A DNA stretch of 64,000 nt from Eubacteriales bacterium (GTDB taxonomy: Bacteria; Bacillota; Clostridia; Christensenellales; UBA1242): positions 68,087 through 132,086 of the forward strand of contig JAHAXB010000022.1 of the NCBI GenBank assembly GCA_018384735.1, written 5' to 3'. Below the pieces are notes generated by a model that was not told the DNA's origin, ran no database searches, and saw nothing but the letters and a program-made list of their open reading frames with translations. Shown here one piece after another: positions 10,702 to 20,348 of the stretch (positions are counted from its first letter, which is position 1; each line of letters opens with the position of its first letter). A program made the translations under genes and the position numbers.

Positions 10702-13275
10702 ATGGATACAGTTGAAGCGATTGCTCCGATTCCTGAAACCGTCTTTACTAATCAAAGTCGGGCAACGGTCAGTGCCTACAAACGCAAATTTAACAAAACA
10801 TGGAAAAAGACCCCGCCAACCAATCCGGAACGTTTCAAACCGAACCTGAAAATTGGTTTAACGGCGGTGCAGGTTAAGAGTCGTATTGATGATTGTCTGG
10901 TTAATTATGTCAAGCGCGGTACAACCAAATCTATTGGTGCAATTTTGTTTACCAATATCTGTACCTTTTATAACCTTCTGGCTTTAATCATTGGTGCGAT
11001 TTTGATTTATACCATGTTGGTATTACAGCCACAAATCCCGGCTGAATATTTTACTAAGGACGCTAACGGAGCCAGGTTGATTAACCCCATTCAACCAACT
11101 AGTTTACTATTTCTTGTCATCTTCGGTATTAATATGCTTATCGGCATTGTGCAGGAGTTGCGAGCTAAGTTTACGATTGAAAAATTGACTTTGGTCGCTT
11201 CCTCGCGCGTAACTGCTTTGCGTGAAGGTCAAAAGCAAGTGCTATATCCTGCCGATTTGGTTTTGGATGATATTGTGTTGTTATCCGCCGGTGGACAAAT
11301 CCAAGCCGATGGTGTCTTGTTAGATGGGGTTGTTGAAGTTAACGAAAGTTTATTGACTGGTGAATCCGTGCCAGTACAAAAGAAACCGGGCGACCGCTTA
11401 CTGGCGGGATCCTTTATTGTTAGCGGCAGTGGTAAGTATCACGTTGAGCGCATCGGTAAAGATAACTACATTCAAACAGTTGCGAATACTGCGGGACGTT
11501 ATGTTGCACCGCGTTCCGAATTGTTCAAATCGTTAAAATCAATCATCAAAGTGATTGGTGTTTTTATTGCCATCTTAACCATGGCGTTGATTACTATGCA
11601 AATTATTACCGTGGAAAATTTAGCGCCACATAATGTTTTGAAAATTATTACCCAAACCAGTGGTGCCATTTTGGGCATGATTCCGGCGGGAATGTTCCTG
11701 TTGTCTTCCATGGCGTTGATGGTTGGTGTCGTTAATTTAGGTAAGGAAAATACTTGGGTGCGTGAACTTTACTGTATCGAAATGTTGGCGCGAGTTAATA
11801 CTTTGTGCTTGGATAAAACAGGTACCATTACCGATGGCACGATGAAAGTTATCGATGTCGTTGCAATTAAAAATGAAGGCAAAAAAATGGATTTCAAACG
11901 CGTGATGTCATCCATGCTTTTTGCTTTGGAAGATAACAACCAAACCTCTTTGGCTTTGAAAGATTATTTTGGTCAAGAATGTACTTACAAGGTGCGTAAA
12001 ATTTTACCATTCTCCTCGGCACGTAAAATGTCCGCGGTAACTTTTGGCGCTGGGTTGGGAACTTTTGTGATGGGCGCACCTGAATTTATCTTTAACGACA
12101 TGAGTGCGAAATTAAATATCGTCATTAACAAATTAACCAGTCAAGGTTACCGCGTTTTGGGTGTCGGTCGTTGTGCTGGCGAAATTAAAGATGACGCTTT
12201 GACGGGAAATGTTTCGCCCGTGGCTTTAATTACCTTGCAAGATAATATTCGTCGCGAAGCACCACAGACCATTAAATGGTTTGCCGATAACGGGGTAGAT
12301 ATTCGAATCATTTCGGGTGATAATCCAATTACAGTCAGTGAGGTTGCGCGCCGTGCTGGTGTGGTCGGTTCGGAAAAATATATTTCATTGCATGGTTTGT
12401 CTAATAACGAAGTGCGGACTGCCGCGAAAGAATACACTATTTTTGGTCGCGTAACTCCCGAACAAAAACTTTTATTGATTAAGGAATTTAAGAATAACGG
12501 TCGTATGGTTGCCATGACCGGTGATGGTGTTAATGACATTTTGGCTTTGCGTGAAGCCGATTGTTCAATTGCGATGGCATCGGGCAGTGAGGCCGCGCGC
12601 AATGTTTCGCAACTGGTTTTGTTGGATAGTAACTTTTCCAGTATGCCTAAGGTGGTTTTGGAAGGTCGCCGCGTCGTTAATAATGTTCAAAAATCGTCTT
12701 CTTTGTTTTTGTTTAAAACCTTGTTGACCATTATGTTGACCATCGTCTGTGTTTTCTTTAATGAAGGTCTGTATTTCTTCGATACAACTAATTTGTTAAT
12801 TTTGGAAAGTATGGTGATTGGCATTCCGGGCTTTATGTTAGCACTTGAGCGGAACAGTCAGCAGATTAAAGGAAAGTTTATGTTTAACATTATCAAGACC
12901 TCGCTTTCCGCTGCCATTGTTGCCGTCTTGTTTGTGGTTGCTTTAATGATTTTCCGTTTCTTTGACATCTTTGATTTGAGTTCTGACGATATTTTCCGTA
13001 CTATGACTGTATATGCTGTTTTAACTACGGGCTTCGCAATGTTGTATCGCATGATTCGCCCAGTTAATGTTTTCCGCGGTATTATGTTTGTGGTCATGGT
13101 GGTCTTGTCGTTGTTCTTGATTGGTTATTTCCCCGACTTGTTCGGCATGATTAAATTGACTAACGAAGTTCATTATTTGATGGTCATGTTAATGGCTTTT
13201 ATGGGCTATGCGTTGACCGCTTTGTTCGATGGTTTGCTGTCGCAAATTAAATTATCAACCGGCAAAAATTCGTAA
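10702..13275 (+). CDS. P-type cation-transporting ATPase (substrate not assignable)
   Basis: LTGESVP, DKTGTITDG phosphorylation site, MTGDGVNDILAL hinge, multiple TM segments. TM4 motif reads IPAGM rather than PEGL. Confidence 0.9.
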   Translation: MDTVEAIAPIPETVFTNQSRATVSAYKRKFNKTWKKTPPTNPERFKPNLKIGLTAVQVKSRIDDCLVNYVKRGTTKSIGAILFTNICTFYNLLALIIGAILIYTMLVLQPQIPAEYFTKDANGARLINPIQPTSLLFLVIFGINMLIGIVQELRAKFTIEKLTLVASSRVTALREGQKQVLYPADLVLDDIVLLSAGGQIQADGVLLDGVVEVNESLLTGESVPVQKKPGDRLLAGSFIVSGSGKYHVERIGKDNYIQTVANTAGRYVAPRSELFKSLKSIIKVIGVFIAILTMALITMQIITVENLAPHNVLKIITQTSGAILGMIPAGMFLLSSMALMVGVVNLGKENTWVRELYCIEMLARVNTLCLDKTGTITDGTMKVIDVVAIKNEGKKMDFKRVMSSMLFALEDNNQTSLALKDYFGQECTYKVRKILPFSSARKMSAVTFGAGLGTFVMGAPEFIFNDMSAKLNIVINKLTSQGYRVLGVGRCAGEIKDDALTGNVSPVALITLQDNIRREAPQTIKWFADNGVDIRIISGDNPITVSEVARRAGVVGSEKYISLHGLSNNEVRTAAKEYTIFGRVTPEQKLLLIKEFKNNGRMVAMTGDGVNDILALREADCSIAMASGSEAARNVSQLVLLDSNFSSMPKVVLEGRRVVNNVQKSSSLFLFKTLLTIMLTIVCVFFNEGLYFFDTTNLLILESMVIGIPGFMLALERNSQQIKGKFMFNIIKTSLSAAIVAVLFVVALMIFRFFDIFDLSSDDIFRTMTVYAVLTTGFAMLYRMIRPVNVFRGIMFVVMVVLSLFLIGYFPDLFGMIKLTNEVHYLMVMLMAFMGYALTALFDGLLSQIKLSTGKNS

Positions 13276-13317
13276 AACTGTTTTACAAATCCGGAAAAAA
13301 TTATTACAATAATCTAT

Positions 13318-14463
13318 ATGAGTTATGAATTAGAAACAGCCGTTGAATTGAAAACAACTAAACAAGTGGAAGACGTTTTTGGTGACCCACCGGTAGTTAA
13401 TATTAAAGTCGTTGGTGTCGGCGGCGGTGGATGTAACAGCGTTAACCGTATGCTGGAAGATGGTGTTAATTTGCCCGGTGTTGAATTCATCGCAATTAAC
13501 ACTGATAAGAATGCTTTGTCGGCTAACCTTGCGCCACAAAAATTGTGTATTGGACAAAAAACCACACATGGTTTTGGTGCTGGTACGCGTCCCGAAGTTG
13601 GACAAAAGGCGGCCGAAGAAAGTGCTGACGAAATTCGTGCTGCGATTGAAGGCGCCGACCTGTTGTTTATTACCGCAGGTATGGGTGGTGGTACCGGCAC
13701 TGGTGCTGCACCTGTGGTGGCGATGATTGCCAAAGAAATGGGCATTTTAACCGTAGCAGTTGTTACTAAACCATTTAACTTTGAAGGTAACCACCGTATG
13801 TTGAATGCGGAAATTGGTATTGAAAACTTGTCAAAGTTTGTTGATGCTTATGTTGTAGTTCCAAATCAAAAATTGGTTGAACATTCTTCAATCAAAACCA
13901 GTTTCTTGGATGCGTTTAAAATGGCGGATGAAGCTTTGCGTCAAGCGGTCATCGGTTTGTCCGAAGGTATTGTTAATCCGATTTTGGTTAATGTCGATTT
14001 CGCTGATGTTAAAGTTGTTTTGGGTGATGCCGGCTTAGCTCATATGGGTGTTGGTCGTGCGCAAGGTCAAAACCGCGTCTTGGAAGCAATTAAGCAAGCA
14101 GTTGCCAGCCCGTTGATTGAAACCAGCATTAGCGGTGCAACACGTATGATTATGTGTATTAAAGGTGATAAGTCATTGCCTTTGGCGGAAGTTTCCAGTT
14201 ACGTTACGATGGCGCACAATTTGGTTCATGAAAATTGCAACATTAAATGGAGTGTTGATGTTAACGATAAATATGGCGATACGGTTGAGGTTTTGATTAT
14301 CGCTTCGGGTTTTGCACCAAATCAACAAAAGGCACGCGAAGAGATTAGCAATATGAAAGAAATGCCACAACCGCAAATGGGTACTAATCCAGAACCTGTC
14401 GCGGAAACTAAACCGAACGGTAAACCAAAGTTCTTTGAGTTCTTCAAAAACTTCAAAAAGTAA
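13318..14463 (+). CDS. ftsZ: Cell division protein FtsZ
   Basis: VIGVGGGGCN, GMGGGTGTGAAPVVA tubulin signature, C-terminal PKFFEFF peptide. No ftsA upstream. Confidence 0.97.
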   Translation: MSYELETAVELKTTKQVEDVFGDPPVVNIKVVGVGGGGCNSVNRMLEDGVNLPGVEFIAINTDKNALSANLAPQKLCIGQKTTHGFGAGTRPEVGQKAAEESADEIRAAIEGADLLFITAGMGGGTGTGAAPVVAMIAKEMGILTVAVVTKPFNFEGNHRMLNAEIGIENLSKFVDAYVVVPNQKLVEHSSIKTSFLDAFKMADEALRQAVIGLSEGIVNPILVNVDFADVKVVLGDAGLAHMGVGRAQGQNRVLEAIKQAVASPLIETSISGATRMIMCIKGDKSLPLAEVSSYVTMAHNLVHENCNIKWSVDVNDKYGDTVEVLIIASGFAPNQQKAREEISNMKEMPQPQMGTNPEPVAETKPNGKPKFFEFFKNFKK

Positions 14464-14466
14464 TCG

Positions 14467-14496
14467 TTGACTTTATTCATTTGGTTTTGCTATAAT
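14467..14496 (+). promoter_or_regulatory. Sigma-A-type promoter for rpsO
   Basis: TTGACT (14467-14472), 18-nt spacer, TGcTATAAT (14488-14496). Confidence 0.6.
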
Positions 14497-14570
14497 AATG
14501 GCATTATTGCTGTGTTTGGATTGAAATATTCTTACTCGGCTTTAATCATAAAAGGAGGTTGTCACAGAAA

Positions 14571-14831
14571 ATGACACAAAACGAAATCGCAGAAATCGTT
14601 AAAAAGTTTGGTAAAAAGGAAGGGGATACGGGCAGTCCGGCGGTTCAAATCGCTTTGTTATCAAAACGTGTTGAAGAATTAACCGAACACTTGAAAGTCC
14701 ACAAACAAGACAAGCACAGTCGTCGTGGTTTGACCTTAATGTTGGGGAAACGTAAACGCTTGTTGGACTACTTAGAAAAAACCGACCTTGAAGCATTCCG
14801 TGAATTGAAAAAACAATTAGGTTTGCGTTAA
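14571..14831 (+). CDS. rpsO: 30S ribosomal protein S15
   Basis: ...[51 protein letters not shown]... AGGAGG upstream. ATG 14571 preferred over the TTG at 14559. Confidence 0.95.
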   Translation: MTQNEIAEIVKKFGKKEGDTGSPAVQIALLSKRVEELTEHLKVHKQDKHSRRGLTLMLGKRKRLLDYLEKTDLEAFRELKKQLGLR

Positions 14832-14847
14832 TCAATTATTAAAAAAG

Positions 14848-14872
14848 AACTCGGTTACGGCCGAGTTTTTTA
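14848..14872 (+). terminator. Intrinsic terminator after rpsO
   Basis: Stem AACTCGG/CCGAGTT (14848-14854 / 14861-14867), 6-nt loop, followed by a T-run. Confidence 0.75.
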
Positions 14873-14916
14873 TTACAGAAAACCAAAAAAATCTACAACG
14901 AAATTTCATTTGACTA

Positions 14917-14944
14917 TTGACATTTGGTTATGATATGATATAAT
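14917..14944 (+). promoter_or_regulatory. Sigma-A-type promoter for the infC-rpmI-rplT operon
   Basis: TTGACA (14917-14922), 16-nt spacer, TGaTATAAT (14936-14944). Confidence 0.55.
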
Positions 14945-14957
14945 CATAATTGAAAAA

Positions 14958-15080
14958 AAGAAGAAATAACCATTTCTCACCTTACTTGCCAATTATCTGT
15001 GCGGGAAGGTCGAACAAAAAATTACCCCCAAAATTTTTTGTGGAATGTATTGAGAAGTGGTTATTACCCCTTCTTTTTTC
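14958..15080 (+). promoter_or_regulatory. L20-leader-like attenuator upstream of infC
   Basis: Long-range helix AAGAAG..TAACCA..TTCTC (14958-14978) pairs with GAGAA..TGGTTA..CTTCTT (15052-15075), followed by TTTTTC. The position and architecture resemble the Firmicute L20 ribosomal-protein leader. Confidence 0.5.
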
Positions 15081-15101
15081 ATTATAAGGAGGTAATTCAA
15101 C

Positions 15102-15641
15102 ATTTTTAAGGAATTAAAGATTAACAGCGAAATTTCTTGTCCGGAATTAAGAGTCATCGGGGTGAACAATGAAATGATTGGTATCATCACTTTGGCACAG
15201 GCATTGAAATTGGCCGATGAAGCAGGTATGGATTTGGTTTTAATTACCGAAACTTCAAAACCGCCGGTCGCAAAAATTATCGACTATTCGAAGTTCCGTT
15301 ACGAACAAATTAAAAAAGAAAAAACACAACGTAAGGAACAACGCAAGAACATGGTTGATATTAAAGAGGTTCAATTATCAATCGGTATCCAAGAAAACGA
15401 AATCGCATTCAAACTGAACAAAGCCCGTGAATGTATTATGGACGGCGACAAAGTGAAAGTTTGTATTAACCGACTTCGTGGTCGAAAAACACAATTAGCT
15501 GACAAGGGTGTTGCTGTGGTGTCACAATTCGCCGAAAGAATGTTGGACATTGCCGACATCGAAACACCGGTTGCAAAATCGGGGGTTCCGGGACGTAACA
15601 TTAACATTATGGTGATGTTAGCCCCCAAGAAAAAGAAATAA
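15102..15641 (+). CDS. infC: Translation initiation factor IF-3, ATT (AUU) start
   Basis: The IF-3 N-terminal domain (KELKINSEISCPELRVIGVNNEMIGII) lies upstream of the first ATG/GTG. In-frame stop at 15093. ATT at 15102 is 9 nt after AGGAGG (15087-15092). Confidence 0.9.
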   Translation: MFKELKINSEISCPELRVIGVNNEMIGIITLAQALKLADEAGMDLVLITETSKPPVAKIIDYSKFRYEQIKKEKTQRKEQRKNMVDIKEVQLSIGIQENEIAFKLNKARECIMDGDKVKVCINRLRGRKTQLADKGVAVVSQFAERMLDIADIETPVAKSGVPGRNINIMVMLAPKKKK

Positions 15642-15656
15642 AGGAGAGAACAAATT

Positions 15657-15848
15657 ATGCCCAAGATGAAAACGCATAGTGGTGCAAAAAAAAGATTTAA
15701 TGCTCGTAAGAATGACATTAAACGTACCATGAAAAACAAAAATCACATCTTAAACAGAAAAACTCGTGAACGCAAACGTAAATTACGCCATGGTGCTACC
15801 GTTGACAGCGCGAACGAAAAAACGATTAGGAGGTTAATTCAAAAATGA
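15657..15848 (+). CDS. rpmI: 50S ribosomal protein L35
   Basis: [14 protein letters not shown]... signature. AGGAG SD. Confidence 0.95.
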   Translation: MPKMKTHSGAKKRFNARKNDIKRTMKNKNHILNRKTRERKRKLRHGATVDSANEKTIRRLIQK

Positions 15849-16198
15849 GAATTAAACGCAGTGTTAACGCTTTGAAGAAGCGTCGTAAAACCTTAAGACT
15901 TGCGAAAGGTTATCGCGGAACTAAATCGACTTTGTATCGTGTAGCCCGTGAACAAGTGATGAAATCTGGTCAATACGCTTATATCGGCCGCCGTTTGAAG
16001 AAACGTGATTTCCGTAAATTGTGGATTGCGCGTATCAACGCCGCCGCACGTCAAAATGACATTACTTACAGCCGTTTGATGGATGGTTTGAAAAAAGCCA
16101 ACATTAACATCAACCGTAAAATGTTATCCGAAATGGCAATCAATGACGCAGCTGCTTTTACTGCATTAGTTGATGTTGCTAAGAAAGCTTTGGCATAA
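15845..16198 (+). CDS. rplT: 50S ribosomal protein L20
   Basis: [25 protein letters not shown]... signature. AGGAGG SD. Overlaps rpmI stop. Confidence 0.95.
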   Translation: MRIKRSVNALKKRRKTLRLAKGYRGTKSTLYRVAREQVMKSGQYAYIGRRLKKRDFRKLWIARINAAARQNDITYSRLMDGLKKANININRKMLSEMAINDAAAFTALVDVAKKALA

Positions 16199-16833
16199 TG
16201 ATGGAAATAACTCCAAAAATTTTGAGAAAACTTCTGACCAAGAAATATCGTCAGGAGTTTTCTTTGTGTATTTTAGAGGGCGAAAAAATTATTGAAGACC
16301 ATCAAGATTTGGTGGTTAAGGTTTTCTCCGAAGATAGCTTAAAAAATTTAGAAAACTACCATGGTCGCGTCGCGGTGGCACGCATTCCGCAACCAACCGC
16401 GCCGACAACGCCATTTTTAGTACTTGATCGTGTGCAAGACCCTGGTAACATGGGTACAATTTTAAGAACGGCTTTGGCGTTTGGTTTTAAAACGGTCTAT
16501 ACGATTGATTGCGTGGACCCGTATTCTCCCAAAGTTATCCGCGCCAGCAGTGGCATGGCTTTACGGGTAAATATTATTGATACCGATTACGACCATTTAC
16601 CGACAGATACAACCTATTTTTTGGCTGATTTACATGGCGACCGACCCAAACCAATTAAGGATAAAAACTTTGGCATCGTGCTTGGCAACGAAGGGCAGGG
16701 GGTCAATCCCATTTTCTACCAAAAACCACATCAGGTCATGACAATCCCAATGGAACCGGGCTGCGAATCTTTAAACGTAGCAGTTGCAGGCGCGATAATC
16801 ATGTGTTATACTCATTTCTATGAGTGGACATAA
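16198..16833 (+). CDS. TrmH/SpoU-family RNA 2'-O-methyltransferase
   Basis: SpoU motifs LDRVQDPGNMGTILRTA, IVLGNEGQGV, IPMEPGCESLNVAVAGAI. Confidence 0.85.
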   Translation: MMEITPKILRKLLTKKYRQEFSLCILEGEKIIEDHQDLVVKVFSEDSLKNLENYHGRVAVARIPQPTAPTTPFLVLDRVQDPGNMGTILRTALAFGFKTVYTIDCVDPYSPKVIRASSGMALRVNIIDTDYDHLPTDTTYFLADLHGDRPKPIKDKNFGIVLGNEGQGVNPIFYQKPHQVMTIPMEPGCESLNVAVAGAIIMCYTHFYEWT

Positions 16834-17533
16834 TAAATGGAGTAAGATTCATCGTAAGAAAGGAATTGCTGACGCAGAACGCAGTAACATTTACACCAAA
16901 TTGGGTAAAGAAATTATTGTTGCGGTCAAAATGGGCGGCAGCGGTGACCCTGAACATAACAGCAAATTAAAGGAAGTTATTGCCAAAGCGAAGAGTAATA
17001 ACATGCCGAATGATAACATCAAACGCGCGATTGCGAAAGGTCTTGGCGATGGTGACGCAAGCAACTACGATGCCATGGTTTACGAGGGCTATGGTCCGGC
17101 GGGAATTGCGGTTATCGTAGAAGCGTTAACCAATAACAAAAACCGTACCGCAGGCGATGTGCGTTCATACTTCGATAAGTCTGGTGGCGCCTTGGGTGTT
17201 TCTGGTTCGGTTTCTTTCTTGTTTAATCGTTTGGGTGTAATTACAGTTGCTAACCAAACCGAAGATAGTTTGTTGGAAGTTTTATTGGAAAGCCCGATTG
17301 AAGACATGACCACGGAAGAAGGAATTGTCACGATTACGGTTAAGCCGGAAAATTTCAACTCGGTTTTGGACATTTTGGAACAAAATCAAATTAAAACGGA
17401 AAGTGCGGAAGTTGCCTGGGTACCGCTTTCTACAGTTGCGGTTCCGGAAGATAAGGCCGCTGCTTTTGAAAGGTTGATTGACAACTTGGAAAGCAGTGAT
17501 GACGTACAAGCGGTCTATCACAATGCCGAATAA
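16820..17533 (+). CDS. yebC: YebC/PmpR-family transcriptional regulatory protein
   Basis: MSGHNKWSKIHRKKG... N-terminus and overall YebC pattern. Start overlaps the previous gene. TGtTATACT box (16804-16812) 7 nt upstream. Confidence 0.9.
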   Translation: MSGHNKWSKIHRKKGIADAERSNIYTKLGKEIIVAVKMGGSGDPEHNSKLKEVIAKAKSNNMPNDNIKRAIAKGLGDGDASNYDAMVYEGYGPAGIAVIVEALTNNKNRTAGDVRSYFDKSGGALGVSGSVSFLFNRLGVITVANQTEDSLLEVLLESPIEDMTTEEGIVTITVKPENFNSVLDILEQNQIKTESAEVAWVPLSTVAVPEDKAAAFERLIDNLESSDDVQAVYHNAE

Positions 17534-18017
17534 AGTTATTATGGGAATTGACCCCGGCTTCGGAATTATGGGCTGGGGCGTCATTAAATTAACTGGCGAA
17601 GAAATTACCTTGATTGATTACGGTGCGATTGAAACCGATAAAGAACAGGAGTTTGGTCGCCGTTTGTGTCAAATTAATGAGGATTTGGCGCGTCTTTTAG
17701 ATGAATACAAACCTGACGAAATTGCGATTGAGGAATTATTCTTTGCCGCTAACGTTACAACGGGGTTGAAAGTTGCCGCTGCACGCGGTATCGCTTTAAT
17801 GCGTGCGACGTATTACCACGGGCAAGTTTTCAACTATAAACCCAACCAAATTAAGATTGCAATTACCGGTGGTTGTAAAGCAAAGAAAAAAGATATGCAG
17901 GCCGCAGTGGGGCGCATTTTGAATCAAGAACAAAAAATTAAGCCCGACGATGCTGCGGATGCTTTGGCGGTAGCACTAACGCACGCGTTTACTCTATGCG
18001 AAGGTCTTTCCCATTAA
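17523..18017 (+). CDS. ruvC: Holliday junction resolvase RuvC
   Basis: IMGIDPGFG (catalytic Asp), IEELFF, PDDAADALAVA. ATG 17523 or ATG 17541 are more plausible starts than 17478. Confidence 0.9.
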   Translation: MPNKVIMGIDPGFGIMGWGVIKLTGEEITLIDYGAIETDKEQEFGRRLCQINEDLARLLDEYKPDEIAIEELFFAANVTTGLKVAAARGIALMRATYYHGQVFNYKPNQIKIAITGGCKAKKKDMQAAVGRILNQEQKIKPDDAADALAVALTHAFTLCEGLSH

Positions 18018-18708
18018 AAATTAAAATTGCTGAACGCGCCTTGTCGTAGATGCGACCCAAAATGCGGTCATCATAACGCGCCGAAACTTGGTCCTTGGAT
18101 AGGTTAGTCGTAATAATGAACGGCAAATTATTGCTGTAACGTTCGTTGATAACAGTGTGTAACATTTCATCACTATTTTTAATACTTGGTTCCGCGCCAA
18201 GGTCGTCGATGATTAACAAATCACTGTTGAAAAAATCCGATGGTACATTGGCGTCTTGACCGAATAAATAATCCGTCATGCGTTTAACCAAATTAAACGT
18301 ACTGGTCATTTGTACATTAAATCCCTTTCGGGTCAATTCGTGTTGAATTAACGAAGCGCAATAAGTTTTGCCAGTGCCGGTTGGTCCGGTAATAACTAAA
18401 TTTTTAAATTTGTTATTGGGAAATTTGCTTAAATACAGGTCAATTTTTTGGGTCGTTTTCGGGTCGATTTTTTGATAAACCGTACGGTCAAAAGGTTTAA
18501 CCGGAACCGTGGGCTCCATGCTGTTAACAAAATCTGTCAACTGTTGGTCGCGGAGCATCTTTAATTTTTGGTACTCGGCTTTGTTAATCGCAGGGTTCTT
18601 TTTTCCCAATTCAAACGCCATAACGCGAACTTTATCATCAAGTTCACGAAACTTTTTACTCTTGCGTGCTTGAATGATTAAATCATAACGGTCAAAATTC
18701 GCTAACAT
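17989..18708 (-). CDS. DnaI/DnaC-like helicase loader ATPase
   Basis: Walker A GPTGTGKTY, Walker B LLIIDDLG. AGGAGG SD. Follows a DnaD-domain gene, like the B. subtilis dnaB-dnaI pair. Confidence 0.75.
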   Translation of the reverse strand: MLANFDRYDLIIQARKSKKFRELDDKVRVMAFELGKKNPAINKAEYQKLKMLRDQQLTDFVNSMEPTVPVKPFDRTVYQKIDPKTTQKIDLYLSKFPNNKFKNLVITGPTGTGKTYCASLIQHELTRKGFNVQMTSTFNLVKRMTDYLFGQDANVPSDFFNSDLLIIDDLGAEPSIKNSDEMLHTVINERYSNNLPFIITTNLSKDQVSARYDDRILGRIYDKARSAILIFNGKDLRIE

Positions 18709-19408
18709 CGGTTTCCTCCTGTTTTAATGCCTCCGCAGAATAACTGTGACGGATGAATTCCTTGGTCGGTTTATTTTTGCGGATTTGTTTAATTAAATTG
18801 GTCAATGCCGTTTGGTCTTGTTGGTCAACCGCAAACTTTGCGGAAACGGCGGCGTGGGTCGTTAAACCTTCGTAAGCCAAGTTCTTGGCTACAGTCAAAA
18901 TATAAGCATAACCCACGGTAAAGCCCTTGACCAAGACACAGTTCTTAATTACCAACAATAATGCTTCCGGTTCAAAGTGCATACTTTCCATGAAAGCGTA
19001 ATACTCATGGAACTCGGTAGTAGTAATCATGCGCCCATCCAAAATGGCTTGTGCTTTGGTATTGAAGTCGTCATATTTGCCTTTGGGTAATTCTTTAACC
19101 TTGGCGGAATTACGCTTGATTGGTAAGTACTTTACTTCCATTGGTACAGTATCCAAAATTTGTACGAGGTTTTGTTTTTCCCAATAAATAAAAGCGTCCT
19201 TAATGTTGGCAACGCTGATACCCAACTTGGTACTCATCATTTCAATCGTGTTATCCGCGCTGGTTGAATTTTGGCACAAGTAAAGTCCGTACAAATAAAC
19301 ACGGACACAGTCACCATTCGCATACGGCAAATGTTCTTCCATAAAAATATTGGATATGTTGGTGTATCCTGCCGTCATATAGCCACGTGAAAACGAAACT
19401 AAACCCAT
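18692..19408 (-). CDS. DnaD-domain replication initiation protein (DnaB/DnaD-like)
   Basis: 238-aa protein directly upstream of and overlapping the dnaI-like gene. The general DnaD-domain pattern is recalled from memory, not searched. Confidence 0.6.
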   Translation of the reverse strand: MGLVSFSRGYMTAGYTNISNIFMEEHLPYANGDCVRVYLYGLYLCQNSTSADNTIEMMSTKLGISVANIKDAFIYWEKQNLVQILDTVPMEVKYLPIKRNSAKVKELPKGKYDDFNTKAQAILDGRMITTTEFHEYYAFMESMHFEPEALLLVIKNCVLVKGFTVGYAYILTVAKNLAYEGLTTHAAVSAKFAVDQQDQTALTNLIKQIRKNKPTKEFIRHSYSAEALKQEETDVSEF

Positions 19409-19420
19409 GTGGGCAGTATA

Positions 19421-20320
19421 TCATTGAATGGGGAGTAGTGGCAAGCGTAATACATTTTTTATCAATCCTAATTGGGCTAATTCTGCTTTAATCGGAATGG
19501 GATTAACTACACGAAATAACGATTGATAAAACGGGATGGCTTTTTGAAATGCTTGTAACGCAATGAAAGGTTTACCGGCGCAGTATAACTGCCATATTTG
19601 TTGTACAGGCACAACATCAATGTTGGATGCAACCGAGATAATCCCGCGACAGCCGACCGCATAACAAGGTAACGCTAATGTGTCATCTCCGCTGTAAACT
19701 GCTGTATGCGGACATAGACGCACGACCTCACCAATTTGCGCCAGATTACCACTGGCTTCTTTAACCCCTGCAACATAAGGCAAGTGCGCGATGCGTGCCA
19801 TGTTTTCGGGCGTAATATTAACGCCAGTGCGTGATGGAATGTTGTATACAATGGTTGGCAATTTTACTGCATTGGTAATGGTTTGATAGTAGGCATAAAT
19901 TCCGTCCGGTGTACCTTTATTGTAATACGGCGCCGTAACCATGATGCCAATTTTACCAACATAATTCCGACTTGCTTTCACAACATATTGACCGAGCGCA
20001 ATGATACTGGCGGGGTCATTGCCACCAATGCCAAAAATCAATGGAATTTGACCTTGTGTGGTTTGTAAAGCGCAGTCAATGATGGCGTGGCGTTCTTTTG
20101 TAGTTAAGGTGGAAATTTCACCGGTCGTTCCTAAAACCACCAATGCATCGACATGCATTTTGACTTGCCTTTTGATTAAACGACGTAAAGCGGGGAAGTC
20201 GACCTGCTGTTTCGTATTGAATGGTGTTACTAGCGCGGTCGCTACTCCAGTAAAAATTGGTTCCATGTTTTTGTATATGTTTTTCGTGAAATTTTTGGCA
20301 ATAAAATACTTTGTAGCCAT
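19421..20320 (-). CDS. dapA: 4-hydroxy-tetrahydrodipicolinate synthase
   Basis: GVATALVTPF, GTTGE, APYYNK, Schiff-base Lys in VAGVKEASG. Alternative start at ATG 20266 (MEPIFTG...). Confidence 0.9.
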   Translation of the reverse strand: MATKYFIAKNFTKNIYKNMEPIFTGVATALVTPFNTKQQVDFPALRRLIKRQVKMHVDALVVLGTTGEISTLTTKERHAIIDCALQTTQGQIPLIFGIGGNDPASIIALGQYVVKASRNYVGKIGIMVTAPYYNKGTPDGIYAYYQTITNAVKLPTIVYNIPSRTGVNITPENMARIAHLPYVAGVKEASGNLAQIGEVVRLCPHTAVYSGDDTLALPCYAVGCRGIISVASNIDVVPVQQIWQLYCAGKPFIALQAFQKAIPFYQSLFRVVNPIPIKAELAQLGLIKNVLRLPLLPIQ

Positions 20321-20348
20321 GCAAAATTTATGGTATAATAATTCCTAT

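Noticed and set aside
20058-20348. Long N-terminal extension of secD in the ORF track (start 20058).
   Set aside because: The extension is antisense to the dapA coding region and has no SecD homology. The SecD signal anchor begins at ATG 20349, directly behind a good promoter.
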